64,000 nt of DNA from contig NC_086109.1 in NCBI RefSeq assembly GCF_963921235.1, forward strand, positions 37,016,001 to 37,080,000, given 5' to 3'. Under the pieces are notes generated by a model. The model made no database searches, had not been told where the DNA came from, and saw nothing but the letters and a program-made list of their open reading frames with translations. Position numbers and translations under genes: made by a program. Positions 38,101 through 50,541 of this stretch are shown here, in pieces. This DNA comes from Mobula hypostoma (taxonomy: Eukaryota). Position 1 is the stretch's first letter. Every line of letters begins with the position of its first letter.

Positions 38101-39319
38101 GCTCTGTGCAGCTCTTTACCTTATGCTCATGTGGTCTCCACTTCCCTACGCATATTCACAGCCTTTCTAGCATTAAATCTTTTTCACGGAGAAGGCTTTA
38201 TCAAAGTCCATTATCCAGGATTTCACAGACTATTCAATCTTTAACCAGTGAGTCTCTCAAATCTCCAAGCTCAACAGGACTTACTCAATATGAGAAGCAC
38301 AGCTAACGCATTGGTCAAAGCTAACACCTTGTTTCTGTTCACAGGAAAATAATTTATATCATTCAAATGTGGACAAAATACTCCTCAAATTTGGTCATCA
38401 GAGTGTCTAATTTAAAGTCTGTCCCATCAACTTGAAAGCTGTTATAAATGCCCAAAGCATCTTTGCCAATTACGTGTAGAAAGATAGGCACTTCCAATTT
38501 TTCCTCCACCCTGCCGGCTCTACTCGCCACTAATTATATTTGAATCCTTGTTTGAAGTGTTTCCAATGATCAGCTAGATTGTTGGTAAGCAGCATTGATG
38601 TGGGAGGACTTATATTATCCACTGAGGGGATTTTTCAGTTCACCAAAAAATTGAGATGTGAGTCTTCGACACAGAGTGCTCTATCACTGGCAACTTCTCT
38701 CCAGCGGTACCTCGCGCCTCTTTCTTGGTCACTCACGGTACTCAGTTACACTTTGTCCTTAGACCTCGCACTGAATTCTGACAGTATGTTATTGTTTGTT
38801 CTTTAACAAAGGTGAACTTGTGTGGGTAAAAAAACACCACATTCACGATTTATAGAATACTTTGGTCATGGGTTCAGCTCAACCACATTTTACTTAGGAC
38901 CTTCAGTCTGCTAAAAGCGTGTGTAAGCCGTCCACTAACACCACTTCCAGTTGTGGGTGAACCAGCCACATTTCACACTAAAAACTGAAGTTCTTTGTGG
39001 TGTACAGACATAATAACTCAGCACAATTCTCTGAACACTCCAGAGACTGCTGTGCATGAAAATCCCAGGACATTAGCAGTTTCTGAGATAATCAAACCAC
39101 CCTGTATGGCATCCACAATCATTCTGCAGTCAGTCACTTAGATCACATTTCTCCTCATTCTGACATTTATTCTAAACAACAATTGAATGTCTTAATAATG
39201 GCTGCATGCTTTTGTGATTGAGTTGCTGCCGTGTTATTGGCTAAATAGATATTTGCAATAAAGAGCAGGTGTACATATATATCTCATAAAGGTGGCTACT
39301 GGGTTTACATATATTGATA

Positions 39320-40268
39320 AGGGCATTGAGTTTGATATAGCATAGATCGATACTGATAAGATGATACATGGGAAACTGATTTGAAAGCTAAGAGCCCATG
39401 GAATGAGCCAATTTGAGAAATCGCATGGTGATAGGAAGCAGAAGATAATTATTGAAGATTGACATTGAAATCTGAATCCTATAATCAGTGGTGTACCTCA
39501 ATGATGGGTATTGACATCACCGATATCTATTAATATACATAAATATCCTGGATATGAATGGAGCAAGTATGGGTTAACTGCTGACAGATGACTGGTGATA
39601 TTGTAGATAATGAGGTAGTCTTCAATTCCAGAACAATATTGATCAATTGGTAAGATGGGCAAAAGAATTTAATCCTGAAAACATGAGGTATTATGATTTG
39701 AAATTACTTGTAACTCCAGAATAGAATCATAAATGATAGGACTTCCTGGGTATTAGGAAGAAAAGGAAATTTTGTGTCTATATCAGCTATTATGTACAAG
39801 TCCAGCTGACATGAAAGAGGAAGGATATAAATGCGCTGGAGAGAGTGCAAAGCATATTCAGAGTGTTGTCTGGGCTGAAATGTTTCAAACGTGAGGAGAA
39901 TCTAAATATTCTATGTTATTTATTTTTACAGTAAAGAAGTGACATGATTGAGGAGCACAGTGTTATGCGAGACATAGATATGGTTGATGGTGCGTTAGAA
40001 TCGTCACCTGAGGAGAGGTCCCCATAACCAGAAGGTCTTAAAGTAAGGGTGAGAAGATTCAAAGGGAATTTGAGGAAGGTATTCTGTCATCTAGAAATTT
40101 GGATCTTATTGCCTCGGGTGGAGGCAGAGGCAGGTACAAAGATTTAAAAATATTTAAACAACCATTTCAAATACCATGACATAGAAGGCTATTACAGGAA
40201 GGTACTTGATGGCTGTCGTACACATGGTGAGCTGAATGACCTGTTCTTGTGTTGTATAATTACATGAT
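39320..40268 (+). mobile_element. Ancient, heavily decayed CR1 RT/3' end
   Basis: Traces of the KxPHGKLIxKLRAHG, SGVPQ and ERVQ segments. 3' tail gctgaatgacctgttcttgtgttgtat. Confidence 0.6.
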
Positions 40269-41834
40269 ATTATGAGATATTACCTGACCAGCTGAGTAGT
40301 TTCGCATTTTCTGGGGTTTTTTTCAGATTTTCTGCAGATTTTTGATAGTTGTTGTGAATGAGATGGGCTAAAGGAGCTGTTTCTATATTGTATGACTCCA
40401 TAATTCTGAGCTGAGGAGCAGCATTTTCTGGTTTAGTTTTCCAGGACCTGCAGTTTTCTTCTGTGCTTTTCACGTTGCATTTGTTTTTGTCTCATGTTTT
40501 CTCCTTATTTGCAAAGCCTCACCCATCTCAGAAGTGTCAGTGTTTTTAACTTAAGAACCTGCCAACAATATTTTCTAAAGGAATACATTTTTTCCCATCA
40601 GTGATGTTAGACAAGACATCCCTGGATCTAATACCAGTATTTTACTTTTACTATACTTCCAGGTGCAGATACCACAAAGAAAATATATTTGCATAGCTTA
40701 TTCCAAGGAGACAAGACATACATAACAAAAACAAAACCCAGCATTGAAGTAATTGGAAAAAAATATCTGACAGCTTTGGTTACAAATGGAATTGACTTTT
40801 TAAATGTTACAGTTTATTTATTCTTTTTGCAAGCTTGATTTAAGTGCATGCAGTTTAATACAACTGATGTGGTTAGATTTTGTTTTAGACATCATTCTTT
40901 GTGATAAAGTATCCTCATGCAAAGAAAAACATTAAACTCATTAAACTTAAGGTTACAAATCTTCCAGCTAATTAGGCACCATGGAAGTGATTTACAGGCA
41001 GCAGCTGGGAAGTAAGGATTTTTTTTTTGCTTTATTGGGAAAGGGGAAAGGGGAAGGGGGGAGGGTGCAGAAACTGATATGTATTTCAGAAAGTCATCAG
41101 CATAATAAGAACAGGAAATCTCTTGTGCCCAGTCTGTGGCAATGGCATTGCTCCTGCATATTGATTCTTTGTGCTCTTTGATACCCAAAATACAAAAATG
41201 AGCACTGGATAAAAGCAAAGCTTAAAGAAAATAGAGCACTTTTTTCAGGTTCCTTCTCTAAAATTCATTAGAAATTAGGAAAAACATCTCGCTTGTATGT
41301 TCTAGCTTAATAGCAACTTAATTAGTGAATGTTACGCAATAAAAGATTTAAAAGTTAAATTTTTAACCTCCCATACTGTGGAGCTCTGAGAAAGAGATCT
41401 GTTTTGTCTATATCACCTATATCACCTATATCACCAGTAGCCAGTGTGAACCACAAACCCCTTAGTTTACCATCACATTTTCCTACATTTAACTGAGAAA
41501 TAGTGAGACAGAAGAACTGGTCTTCATCCTCAATAGTAGATGAGCCACCTCAGAACGTGTGAAACAAGACAGCAGCATACCTCTTAGTCAAATAATGCCC
41601 TTTCAACTTTGGGAGAGTAACGAGCATTAGCCAAACCAATACTTTTCCCCAAGAATGTAGTATTTCACACAGAGCTAAAGGTGGACATTGAAGTGAGTGC
41701 AACTGTATACTAAACGTAAAACGTAAAGCACTACCACTTGTGCACAGCAATTCCACTACTGACTTACAATGAATTTTCTGGGCACAAAGTTTAGTTGCAC
41801 AACTGACAATTAATCTCAATAAGATTCCCTAAAG

Positions 41835-43050
41835 TCCTAGAACCATTGAACTTCAGCACAATTTATGGCTGTTCAGACCAATGTACCTGTGATAATTGTC
41901 CAAATAAAACACATCTTCTCATTGCCCCACAGTAATACTCTTTAAATACATGCCCAATTGTTCTTTTCAGTCTTTCATCATTTCAGATCATATATGTGTG
42001 AAATATTGTCTCTTTTCTTCCCTCCAAATTCTTCTTAAGATTTTTTGTAACTATATGACCATTCGTTATTGACCCACTTGCTAAATGCAAATTTGAGCCT
42101 ACCTGCTTGATTGTGATTCTGGGTTACTTTAAATTCCTCCAATAGGCTTTTGTCAATCTTTTCCGCTCTGGGGGAAAGAATTCTAGATACTATATTCCTT
42201 AAGTTATTCACCTCATTCTCCTTTCTGAGGCTTGCATATTCCTCCAAAAGCGTGGTGTCCAAAGCAGAATGCAACAGTCCAGGTGATCCTGTGTGAGGGA
42301 GTTGCAACTGTTAGCAAGGCTTCCTTTTTTATCTATCCATTAACCCTATTGACAAAGCCAAACTGCATATACCTTATGAAATTGTTCTGCCATCTTTAAA
42401 AATCTTATGAATATTCATATTCATACTCCTGTGTATATCTAAAAGTTGAAACAGTTTGATTTTTTTTCTTGCAAAGTAAATAATTTCATATTCATCTGGA
42501 TAACTACCTATTTCAGTGGTCACATCAAAGAAAACTTAAAGTTTGTGTCCCTTCTACTCTATTACAGATATTTTTGTGCATTACATGAAAAAAAACTTGT
42601 CTTGTGCCAATGCCTGGGATATTCTGCTAGAGACTTCACTTTGACAGAAAAATATCTGCTTACCAGAACCTTCTGTCTCCCATCCTTTGGCATAAGTTAT
42701 TGTTGTCCCTTCAATGCCAAATGTTCCTATCTTTGAATAAATCAGTTGTACCATACTTCATCCAATGCCTTTTTCCAGATGTATGTCTGTTTTATTAAAG
42801 AACTCTTTTAGAGTAGTCAGATGTAATTTGCTATAACAAATACTTACTGCCTCATCCATATTAGTCTTTGTTTGTTTAATTGAGAATTGATTTACCCTTT
42901 GTGATGTTGTCTCACTCTTTATGTAATTGCTCATTGACCTGCACTAGTTTTTCACATTGTTATGTGTTCAATTAGATTGGAACTTTTGTTGTTCTTCAAA
43001 TTCCCATAACCATTTTCAGATCTTAGGAGAACTGAAAGATTAGTATCATA
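41835..43050 (-). mobile_element. Ancient CR1 remnant
   Basis: A CR1-like tail near 41840 and degenerate antisense RT segments (ccaaagcagaatgcaacagtccaggtg; tccaatgcctttttccagat). Confidence 0.45.
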
Positions 43051-44167
43051 GTTTATTCTTTCACAATTTGGTAATTCAATATCAAAAGCTCGAAGGTTCA
43101 AAAGTTCGTTTTATTATCAAAGAACACAGCTCTGAAATTCTCAGTTCTCCGGGTAGCCATGAAACTAAGAAAGAAAAGAAAGACAACACAATCATCAACC
43201 CCTAAATCCCATCTCACCGCAAAAAAAAATGAACAAAAATAGAACAGGCACGTCAACCCCCAAATCCTTCCCCTCACACAAAAAAACAAACAAAAACAGA
43301 ATGGAACAGAACAATATCTGTCCTTCCCTATCCATACTACAGTAGATTTTGTAAACAGTAATGCTACTCAACAGCTTAATTAAAGATGTGCAGTAAGTAG
43401 CTTAAGTAGAACAGACACATATTTTTGTTAAAATACATCATAACATTATTTGTGTAATTACCTGATCCTTAACCAATCTAACCTATATGTGACTTCAGAC
43501 TAACTAATGTGTTTGATTCCCAGCTACCTTCCTGGTTCAAAGATAATTCAAGGGAGGCACTTAGCTGGGATGACGACAGAGCAGCAATGGCTGGAGTTTG
43601 TGGGAGCAATTTGGAAGGTGCAGGATAGATACATCCCACAGAAGAAGACATCTTCTAAAGGCAGGATGACACAACCGTGGCTGACAAAAAGTCAAAGCCA
43701 ACTTAAAAGCCAAAGAGAGGGCATATAATACAGCAAAAAATAGAGGGAAGTTAAAGGATTCGGAAGCTTTTAAAAACCAACAGAAGGCAACTAAAGAAGT
43801 CATAAAGAGGGAAAAGATGGAATATGGAGGTAAGATGGCTAACAAAAATAAAGAGGATATCAAAATTGCTTCAGATAAAAAGAAAAAGTGAGGCGAGCGT
43901 AGATATCAAACTGCAGAAAAATCATGCTGGAGAGGTAGTAACAGGGGACAAGAAAATGGAGGACAAACTGAACAAGTATTTTGCATCAATCTTCACTGTG
44001 GAAGGCATCAGCAGTAACTTGGAAGTTCAAGAGTGTCGGGGGCAGAAGTGAATGAAGTTGCCAATAATAGGGAGAAGGTGCTTGGGAAACTGAAAGGTCT
44101 GAAGATACATAAACCACCTGGACCAGGTCTACACCCCAGGATTCTGAAAGAAGTAGCGGAAGAGATA

Positions 44168-44889
44168 ATAAGTAAATAGCAATAAATAATGATAATGAAA
44201 TAACAAGATAAAAGAGTCCTAAAATAAGAGTAGTTATTCTCTTTTGTTCAAGACCATGGTTGAGGACTAGTAACAGTTCTTGAACCTGGTGGTACAAGTC
44301 CTGAGGCACCTGTACCTTCTAACTGATGGAAAAAGCAAGAAAAGAGCATGGCCTGGGCGGTGAAGATCTTGATGATGGATGCTGCTTTTCTACAGCAATA
44401 TTTCATGTAGATGTGTTCAATGGTTGGGAGGGTTTTACACAGGATATAATAGGCTGAATCCACTACCTTTTGTAGGATTTTCTGCTCAAAGGCATTGGTG
44501 TTCCCATACCAGGCAATAATGCCACCACTCAGCACACTTTTCACCACATATCCGTAGGTGTTTGTCAAGATTTTTGATGACATCCCGAACCTCCATAGAT
44601 ACCTGTGGAAGTAGAGGCATTGTCATACTTTCTTCACAATTATACTTTATGATGGGTCCAAGACAGGTCCTCAAAGATAGTGGCACACAGGAATGTAAAG
44701 TTACTGACCTCCCCACCTCTGATCATTTGATAATTATTGCCCATGGACCTCTGGTTTTCCTCTTCTGGTCTACAATCAGTTCCATGGTCTTACTGACACT
44801 GAGTGAGAGGTTGTTGTTATTACAAGACTCACAAATTTCCAATGTCTCCCCTGTGTTCTGGTTCATCACCACCTTTGATACAGCCCACA
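44168..44889 (-). mobile_element. Rex1/Babar-like 3' fragment within CR1
   Basis: ORF 44248-44583 has SVLSGGIIAWYGNTNAFEQKILQKVVDSA. Confidence 0.8.
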
Positions 44890-45656
44890 AGATGCTGGAG
44901 TCGATTGTTAAGAATGTGGATTTGGGGTACTTGGAGGCACATGATTAAATAGGCCAAAGGCAGCATGGTTTCCTTAAGGAAAAATGTTGCCTGACTAATC
45001 TGCTGGAATTCTTTGAAGAAATAACAATTAGGATAGACAAAGGAGATGGATGTTGTGTACTTGGATTTTCAGAAAGCGTTTGACAAGGTGCCACGCATGA
45101 GGCTCCTTAACCAATTAAGAGCCCATAATTTTACAGGAAAGATACTAGTATGGATAAGGCATTGGCTGATTGACAGGAGGCAAAGAGTGGGAATAAAGGG
45201 AGTTTTTTCTCGTTAGCTGCTTGTGACTAGTAGTGTTCCATAGGGGCTTCTGTTGGGACTGCTTATTTTTACATTATATGTCAATGATTTGGATGACAGA
45301 ATTGATGGTTTTGTGGCTAAGTTTTGTGCAGATGATACAAAGGTAGGTGGAGAGGCTGGTAGTGTTGAGGAAGCCAGGATGCTACAGAAGGTCTTAGCCA
45401 GATTATAAGATTGCTCAAAGAAGTGGCAGATGGAATACAATGTCCGGAAGTGTATGGTCATGCAGTATGGTAGAAGAAGTAAAAGAGTAGACTATTTGTT
45501 AAAAGAAGAGAAAATTCAAAAATCCAATGTACAAAGGTACAGGAGTCCTCCAGCAGGATTGCCTAAAGGTTAATTTGCAGTTTGAGTCCATGGTGAGGAA
45601 GGCAAATGCAATGTTAATATTCATTTTGAGAGGATTAGATTATAAAAGCGAGGGTG

Positions 45657-46445
45657 TGTAGCCCCCTCACTGGGCTTGTATGCAAACTTAGCTCAATAGT
45701 GAACTCTGCTAACAGCCATATGACTCAACAGTGAGAAGGCCACCTTTCATAAACAATATATCACTAGAGTCAGTATGATTTGAGGCTCAACGAAACAGGA
45801 ATGTCATGATGTTCTGATTAAAGAAACCTCGACTTGAGTGAATGCTGTGCAAATATTGGCCATACACAATTATTGGCCTGCAAGAAATAACAAATCATAC
45901 ATCGCATAAAATTGTAAACAAATATTTACTATCTGCAGGTTTATCAAACAGTTACTAAGAGAGAGAAAAGAAACAAAAGACAAAAATAAAAGTGCTGATT
46001 ACAGTAAAACCAGTCTAAATGTGCACATGTCATTTAGAGCTCCTATTTTCCAAAGGTTGGGTATAACCATTACTCACGGTGCTCAATTCTCATCACCAAT
46101 CACCAGTAGAGCTTTTCACCTTGGACTCCTTCATCTTGCGAAAGACTCCTTGCAATCGTCTCTTCCTGTTAGATCAAAGCCTACCGCCATCCCTCCAGAT
46201 CTTCTCTTCGCTGCATCTGCCGCCAAAAGACCACAAATCGCACCAGTGTCCATCAGAAATCTCTAGAGTCTTCTCCCAATTTCACCGTCCTGATTGGGTG
46301 ACACCATATTTCTAAGTTGAACAACATGCTTCCCTATCTGTAGCCGAAACAAAAACATTCTACCAGCAGGACCCACAGCTTTTCGGAAAGCCTCTAAATG
46401 AAATACCCACAGCATACCAGTAGAAATAATAATCACGGCATTGCA
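45657..46445. mobile_element. Solo LTR inserted in CR1
   Basis: TG...CA ends. Near-TSD ggtg/gatg (45653-45656, 46446-46449). The CR1 reading (YKSKDVMLRLYK) rejoins across it. Confidence 0.7.
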
Positions 46446-47277
46446 GATGTAATGTTGAGGCTTTATAAGGCACAGGTATAGCCTCACTTGAAGTATTGTC
46501 AGCAGTTCTGGGCCCTTTATCTAAGAAGCGATGTGCTGACATTGGAAGGGGTTTGGAGAAGCTGCACAAAAATGATTCTGGGATTGAAAGGCTTATCATA
46601 TGAGTATTTGATGGCTCTAGGCCTTTACTCACAAGAATTCAGAAGAATGAAGGGGGATCCCATTGAAACCTATTGAATGTTGAAAGGCCTCGATAGAGTG
46701 GATGTAGAGAGGATGTGTCCGATAGTGGCTGAGTCTAGGACCAGAATATAGGGACGTCCATTTAGAACACAGATGAAGAGGAATTTCTTTAGCCAGGGAG
46801 TGGTAAATCTGTGGAATTCATTGCCACAGTCATTGGATAAATTTAAGGCAAAAGTTGATAGATTCTTGATTAGTCAGGGCATGAATAGTTATGGGCAGAA
46901 GGCAGGAGATTGGGAGAGAGGGAAATGGATCAGCCATGATGAAATGGCAGAGCAAACTCGATGCATCAAATAGCCTGACACTGCTCCTATATCTTATGGT
47001 CTTATGATTAAGAATAAACAGCAAAGTTGACATTGTCTACCACATCCACCCCATTTAAAAATAAAAAAAGAATTTTATTATATCAGATCAACAATTAATA
47101 TGCAATTTGAAGAAAAATCTGCTATAAATTTACTAAAGGATTGTAAAATGTAAAAGAACAGAATGCTACTTGCCCTTTGTTGCGTAATTCTAAGTTTAAT
47201 TTAGTGAAAAACCTGCCTCATTTATCATGGAGGAATCATCATAAAATTGCACAGCCCTATTGATCCTGTGATTTTAG

Positions 47278-48922
47278 ACTCTGAGACTGATGTGTGAGCA
47301 GCCTTTAGGAGGGTGAATCTATGCAAAGCATTTGGCCCGGAGGGGGTACCTAACAAGTAATAAAGACCTGTACTGGCCAACTGGCTGGAGTATTCACTGA
47401 GATCTTTAACTTCTCACTTTGGCAGTCTGGTGTACCCACCTGCTTCAAGCAGCCTTCACTTATACCGGTGCCTAAAAACGAACATGGCAACCTGTTTCAA
47501 TGACTATCATCCAGTAGCACTTACACCCACAGTCATGAAGTGTTTTGAGAGGTTTTAGATGAAATATATCAACTCCTGCTTGACAGACAACTTGGAACCA
47601 CTCCAATTTGCCTACTAGGGCAATGTGTTTACAACAGCTGCCATTTCATTGGCTCTTCATTCAGTTCTGGAACAACTGGACAACAAAGATACATACATCA
47701 GGATGCTCTTTATCCACTACAGTTCGACATTCAATATCATCATCCCCTCAAAACTAATCAATATGCTTCAAGAGCTTGGCTTCAATATATTCCTGCCCAA
47801 TTGGATCTTCTATTTCCTCACTTACAGACTCCAATCAGTTTAGATTGGCAACAACATCTCCTCCACAATCTCTATCATCACAAGTCTATCACAAAGCTGT
47901 GTGCTTAGTCCCCTGCTCTACTTGCATTATACTTATGAATGTGTGGCTAAGCACAGCTCCAACGCCGTATTCGAGTTTGCTGATAATGCCACTGTCGTAG
48001 GCTAAATCAAAGGTGGTGATGAAACAGCATACAGGAGGCAGTTTGAAAATTTTGCTGGGTGGTGCCACGACAACAGCCTATTTCTCAGTGTCAGCAAGAC
48101 CAAGGAGCGCATTGTTGACTTTGGGAGGTGGAAACCAAATCTCCATAAGCCAATCCTTATTGGAGGACTGAGGTGAAGAGGAGCAGCTACTTTAAACTCC
48201 TCAGTGTTATCATTTCAGGGGACTTGCCCTGGGCCCAGTACCTAAGTGAAATTATGAAGAAAGCAGGGCAGTGCCTCTACTACCTAGGAATTCACAAAGA
48301 TTCGGCATGACATTTAAAACTTTGACAAACTTCTAAAGATATGCAATGCAAGAGTATATTGTCTGGCTACATCACAGCTTGGTATGGAAACACCAATGCC
48401 CTTGAATGGAAGATCCTAGTTGAATGGAAAAGTAGCTAATATGGCTCAGTCCCTCATGGTAAAGACCTCCCCACCATCGAGCACACCTACACGTAGTGTT
48501 GTTGCAGGAAAGCAATGTCCGTCATCAGGGACAACCACCACCCAGACCATGCTCTCTTTCTGCTACTGCCATCAGAAAGGTGGTACAGGAGCCTCAGGAC
48601 TCACACCACCAGATTCAGAAAAAGTTATTATCCCTCCACCATCTGGCTCTTGAACCAACGAGGATAACTTCACTCATCTTCATTTGCCCCATCACTGAAA
48701 TGATTCCATAACCTACGGACTCACCTTCATGGACTCATCATCTCGTGTTCTTAATATTTATCGTTTATTTATTTATTATTATTGTTTCTTTCTTTTTGTA
48801 TTTGTAGTTTGCTGTCTTTTACACATTGGTGCAGTCTTTCATTGATTCTATTATAGTTATTATTTTATTATGGATTTGTTGTGTATGCCCATTAGAAAAT
48901 TAATCTCAGTGTTGTATATGGT
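47278..48922 (+). mobile_element. Rex1/Babar-like LINE, decayed RT and 3'UTR; the tail resumes at 49459-49490
   Basis: [52 protein letters not shown]. Confidence 0.85.
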
Positions 48923-49458
48923 TGCATGGTTTTCGGTCAGGTGCCAAACGCTCAGAGAGATTTGGCGGGGGGGCGGGCACCTGGCAGTTGGCCGGGGGCC
49001 GTGGTCGAGTGGTCGGCGACTTGGGCTGGCTCCCCCACCGGACTTAGTCTGGTGAGGAGGGTGTGAGGACAGAAAAAAAAGACCTGACAAAGGGCGGAGA
49101 GCTCCTTGTGAGCCAAAGGCCATCTTCCGTGGAAGAGTTTAAAGCCTCACCACGTATCTATGAATCGTATACTATGCACCTGTTAGAAGAGACATGATGA
49201 ACTTGGGCACTGCACCGTGTGCCTGGACCTGCCCAGGCCTCCGCCTAAGGATGGGCCGAACTCGAAGAAGCGGCTGTGGCAGTAGGCCAACATGGCCTCG
49301 GGCTCGAGTTTGGCGGGGGTGGCGACGGGCTGTGCCACGGCGGCCATCGAGAACGAACTGGAGGAGAGGCTATACACGGTGCTGTCGCAAGATCGAAGAA
49401 GATGGAGGTGCATAGCCACCAACCCTGGATTCGGGATGGCACCCACTGACTGACTGAC
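48923..49458 (+). mobile_element. Young 536-bp CpG-rich non-autonomous retroelement with RTE-like 3' end and (actg)n tail
   Basis: Perfect 10-bp TSD tgtatatggt at 48913-48922 and 49459-49468. SQDRRRWR-type end (tcgcaagatcgaagaagatggagg). Confidence 0.75.
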
Positions 49459-49559
49459 TGTATATGGTGACCTAAATTTACTTTGACTCCAACTTTATTG
49501 TTCAATTGGATCAAAATTAAAAATCCAGATTTGTACAAGTAAAGTGAATGGAAAAACAA

Positions 49560-50298
49560 AATGATTCTGATAGAATAACAGAAAAGTGGGTACTTGGAAA
49601 GATTAAAGACAGAACTGGACCACTTTCCAACACAGCGGAGATTGTCTCTGATGTCATCTGGGGATAACACATTGATCGGTTGTGGAGTCAATTGTCAGAG
49701 AGGAAAGGCATCCAGAGCTGTCAGAACCACTTCCTGCAGTCCTAGAGTCAACTCCTTCAACCACCACGGTGGAGTCTCCAGAACCTGAGATCCTTTCACA
49801 GCCACGAGTCTCACCTGCCAAGCAGAGTGACCCCCTTTGTCAGGCAACGCATTATCCCACAAGAGTAAAACGTCCTCCAGAGCGATTAAGTCTTTAGGTT
49901 GAATGGGACAATTTAAAATTTGTTATGTTGTGGATGTCTGTATAGCAGCACATACACAGTAACACAGCATCACAGTATGGAGTATATACTGTATATAAGA
50001 TGATTAGAGAGCTATACATTACATATTTGAGTTGAATTATATTCTATATTGTTGGAGTTATAGTTTCTCGGGGAGGAATGCAGTGTATTTAATTTTTCAG
50101 TAATATTATAGATACATTGTTTGATTAAGTATTCTGTGTTATTCTGGGTTATATATAAGAAGAACCTGAACAGTAACACATCAAACACGTCATATGTGAA
50201 TGTCTCACTAAGTGAAAGGAAAGGAAAACTAAGTAAACAAGTATCCCAGCCCCTGTGTTTTTCTTTCAATTAGATTCTGGAATTACAGAATATAAAAA
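49560..50298 (+). mobile_element. Gypsy 3' fragment: integrase C-terminus, PPT, LTR (about 50079-50298)
   Basis: ...HYPTRVKRPPERLSL*. PPT ggggaggaa is followed by tg. Confidence 0.7.
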
Positions 50299-50299
50299 C

Positions 50300-50515
50300 T
50301 GTTTTTGCAGCAGCAACACAATGCAAGACATAAAAATTACTTTAAGTTACAAAATTAATAGAGTACAAAAGAGGTAGTTTTGATCAGTTTATAGGTTGTT
50401 CAGAAATCTGATGGCAGAGGGAAAGAATCTGTTCTTAAAATGAGAGTCTCCACGCTCCTGTACCTCTTCTCTGATAGTAGTAATGCACAGAGGACATGTT
50501 CCAGATGGTAAGGAC
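50300..50515 (-). mobile_element. Rex1-like 3' fragment
   Basis: gcagcagcaacacaatgcaa...cagaaatctgatggcagagggaaagaatctgttc...ctcctgtacctcttctctgatagtag. Confidence 0.6.
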
Positions 50516-50541
50516 ACAGGTAAAGTTCACATACAATTTGT

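Larger units (their letters stand above)
28473..39018 (-). mobile_element. Old Gypsy/Ty3 LTR retrotransposon (5' LTR 38787-39018, 3' LTR 28473-28702) with decayed gag-PR-RT-RH-IN
   Basis: About 230-bp diverged direct repeats. PPT aaagggggaggatg next to 28703. Degenerate PBS near 38778-38786. Motifs NLADHWKHFKQ, LKLDTRAQVNLL, DASSGFWQ, AYASRILTRMEANYAQVEKELL, TDHKPL, IHEGHL. Confidence 0.88.
24996..39305 (-). mobile_element. Second Tc1 copy of the same family, split into three pieces (24996-25112, about 28340-28472, about 39019-39305) by nested insertions
   Basis: The pieces join into the reverse complement of 23630-24193. TIR ta|cactcatggccactttattag on the left and ctcataaaggtggctactgggtt|ta on the right. 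Confidence 0.75.
43548..47008 (+). mobile_element. Decayed CR1 ORF2 and 3' end, interrupted at 44168-44889 and 45657-46445
   Basis: TTEQQWLEF, LNKYFASIFT, QHGFLK, CADDTK, YCQQFW. Tail tcttatggtcttatg. Confidence 0.88.

Noticed and set aside
41409..41435. 9-bp tandem repeat (tatatcacc x3)
   Set aside because: Too short to be more than local slippage.
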